From positions 18,786,001 through 18,850,000 of the forward strand of contig CATNEN010000039.1 in NCBI GenBank assembly GCA_950097015.1: a stretch of 64,000 nucleotides of DNA, written 5' to 3'. The stretch is from Macrostomum hystrix. Lineage: Eukaryota; Animalia; Platyhelminthes. Made by a program: the position numbers and the translations under genes. Below are positions 63,815 through 64,000 of this stretch, in pieces. The notes under the pieces were generated by a model, which made no database searches, was not told where the DNA came from, and saw only the letters and a program-made list of their open reading frames with translations. Every line of letters begins with the position of its first letter. Within the stretch, counting starts at the first letter, position 1.

Positions 63815-64000
63815 TCAAACGAAGTAGTGATGAAAGTATCGCCTGTAAGAATAGTCCTTCTTAGCGTTGAGAGCATAGAAGCCGTAGGCAATGGGATCGA
63901 TCCACAGGCCGCGCGGATTATGAAAGATTGGCGTAGAGAACCAATGACCAACCTTCCATTCTGGCACGTCCTTCATTAGCTCGCTTTCAGCGTCGCGCAA
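63815..64000 (-). CDS. NDUFA13: NADH dehydrogenase 1 alpha subcomplex subunit 13 (GRIM-19), C-terminal part
   Basis: ESELMKDVPEWKVG...PIFH...WIDP matches the NDUFA13 C-terminus; the 5' part is outside the window. Confidence 0.85.
   Translation of the reverse strand: MRDAESELMKDVPEWKVGHWFSTPIFHNPRGLWIDPIAYGFYALNAKKDYSYRRYFHHYFV

Overview
Eukaryotic (metazoan) genomic DNA, gene-dense and very rich in minisatellites. GC-rich exons, a different 16-45 bp tandem array in most long introns and candidate acceptor sites just upstream of start codons are consistent with a free-living flatworm such as Macrostomum; this is inference, not proven. Spliced genes reconstructed by hand from GT/AG sites and phase: a lipid-anchored tyrosine-motif adaptor (-, runs off the window start), a GDA1/CD39 NTPDase (-), an amidated neuropeptide precursor ending GFKPLR-GKR (-), a HUNK-like kinase (-) head-to-head with a two-pore-domain K+ channel (+), an 11-coding-exon Groucho/TLE corepressor (+), two tandem GT31 beta-1,3-glycosyltransferase copies (+), and a closely spaced NDUFA13-BOLA1-TPRG1L run (-). 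Mobile DNA: a near-intact DD34D mariner, an internally deleted long-TIR mariner, a P-element/THAP pseudogene, a BED-finger fragment, a hAT-type MITE and tRNA-derived SINE pieces. Best leads: (i) GT31 copy 1 lacks the ATG used by copy 2 but has an in-frame splice acceptor, which fits initiation from the AUG at the 3' end of a flatworm spliced leader; (ii) a PTB-less FRS2-like acylated adaptor; (iii) a long FxPxR-amide neuropeptide; (iv) a probable trans-spliced operon; (v) snapshots of intron gain and minisatellite birth. No CRISPR array or rRNA was seen.
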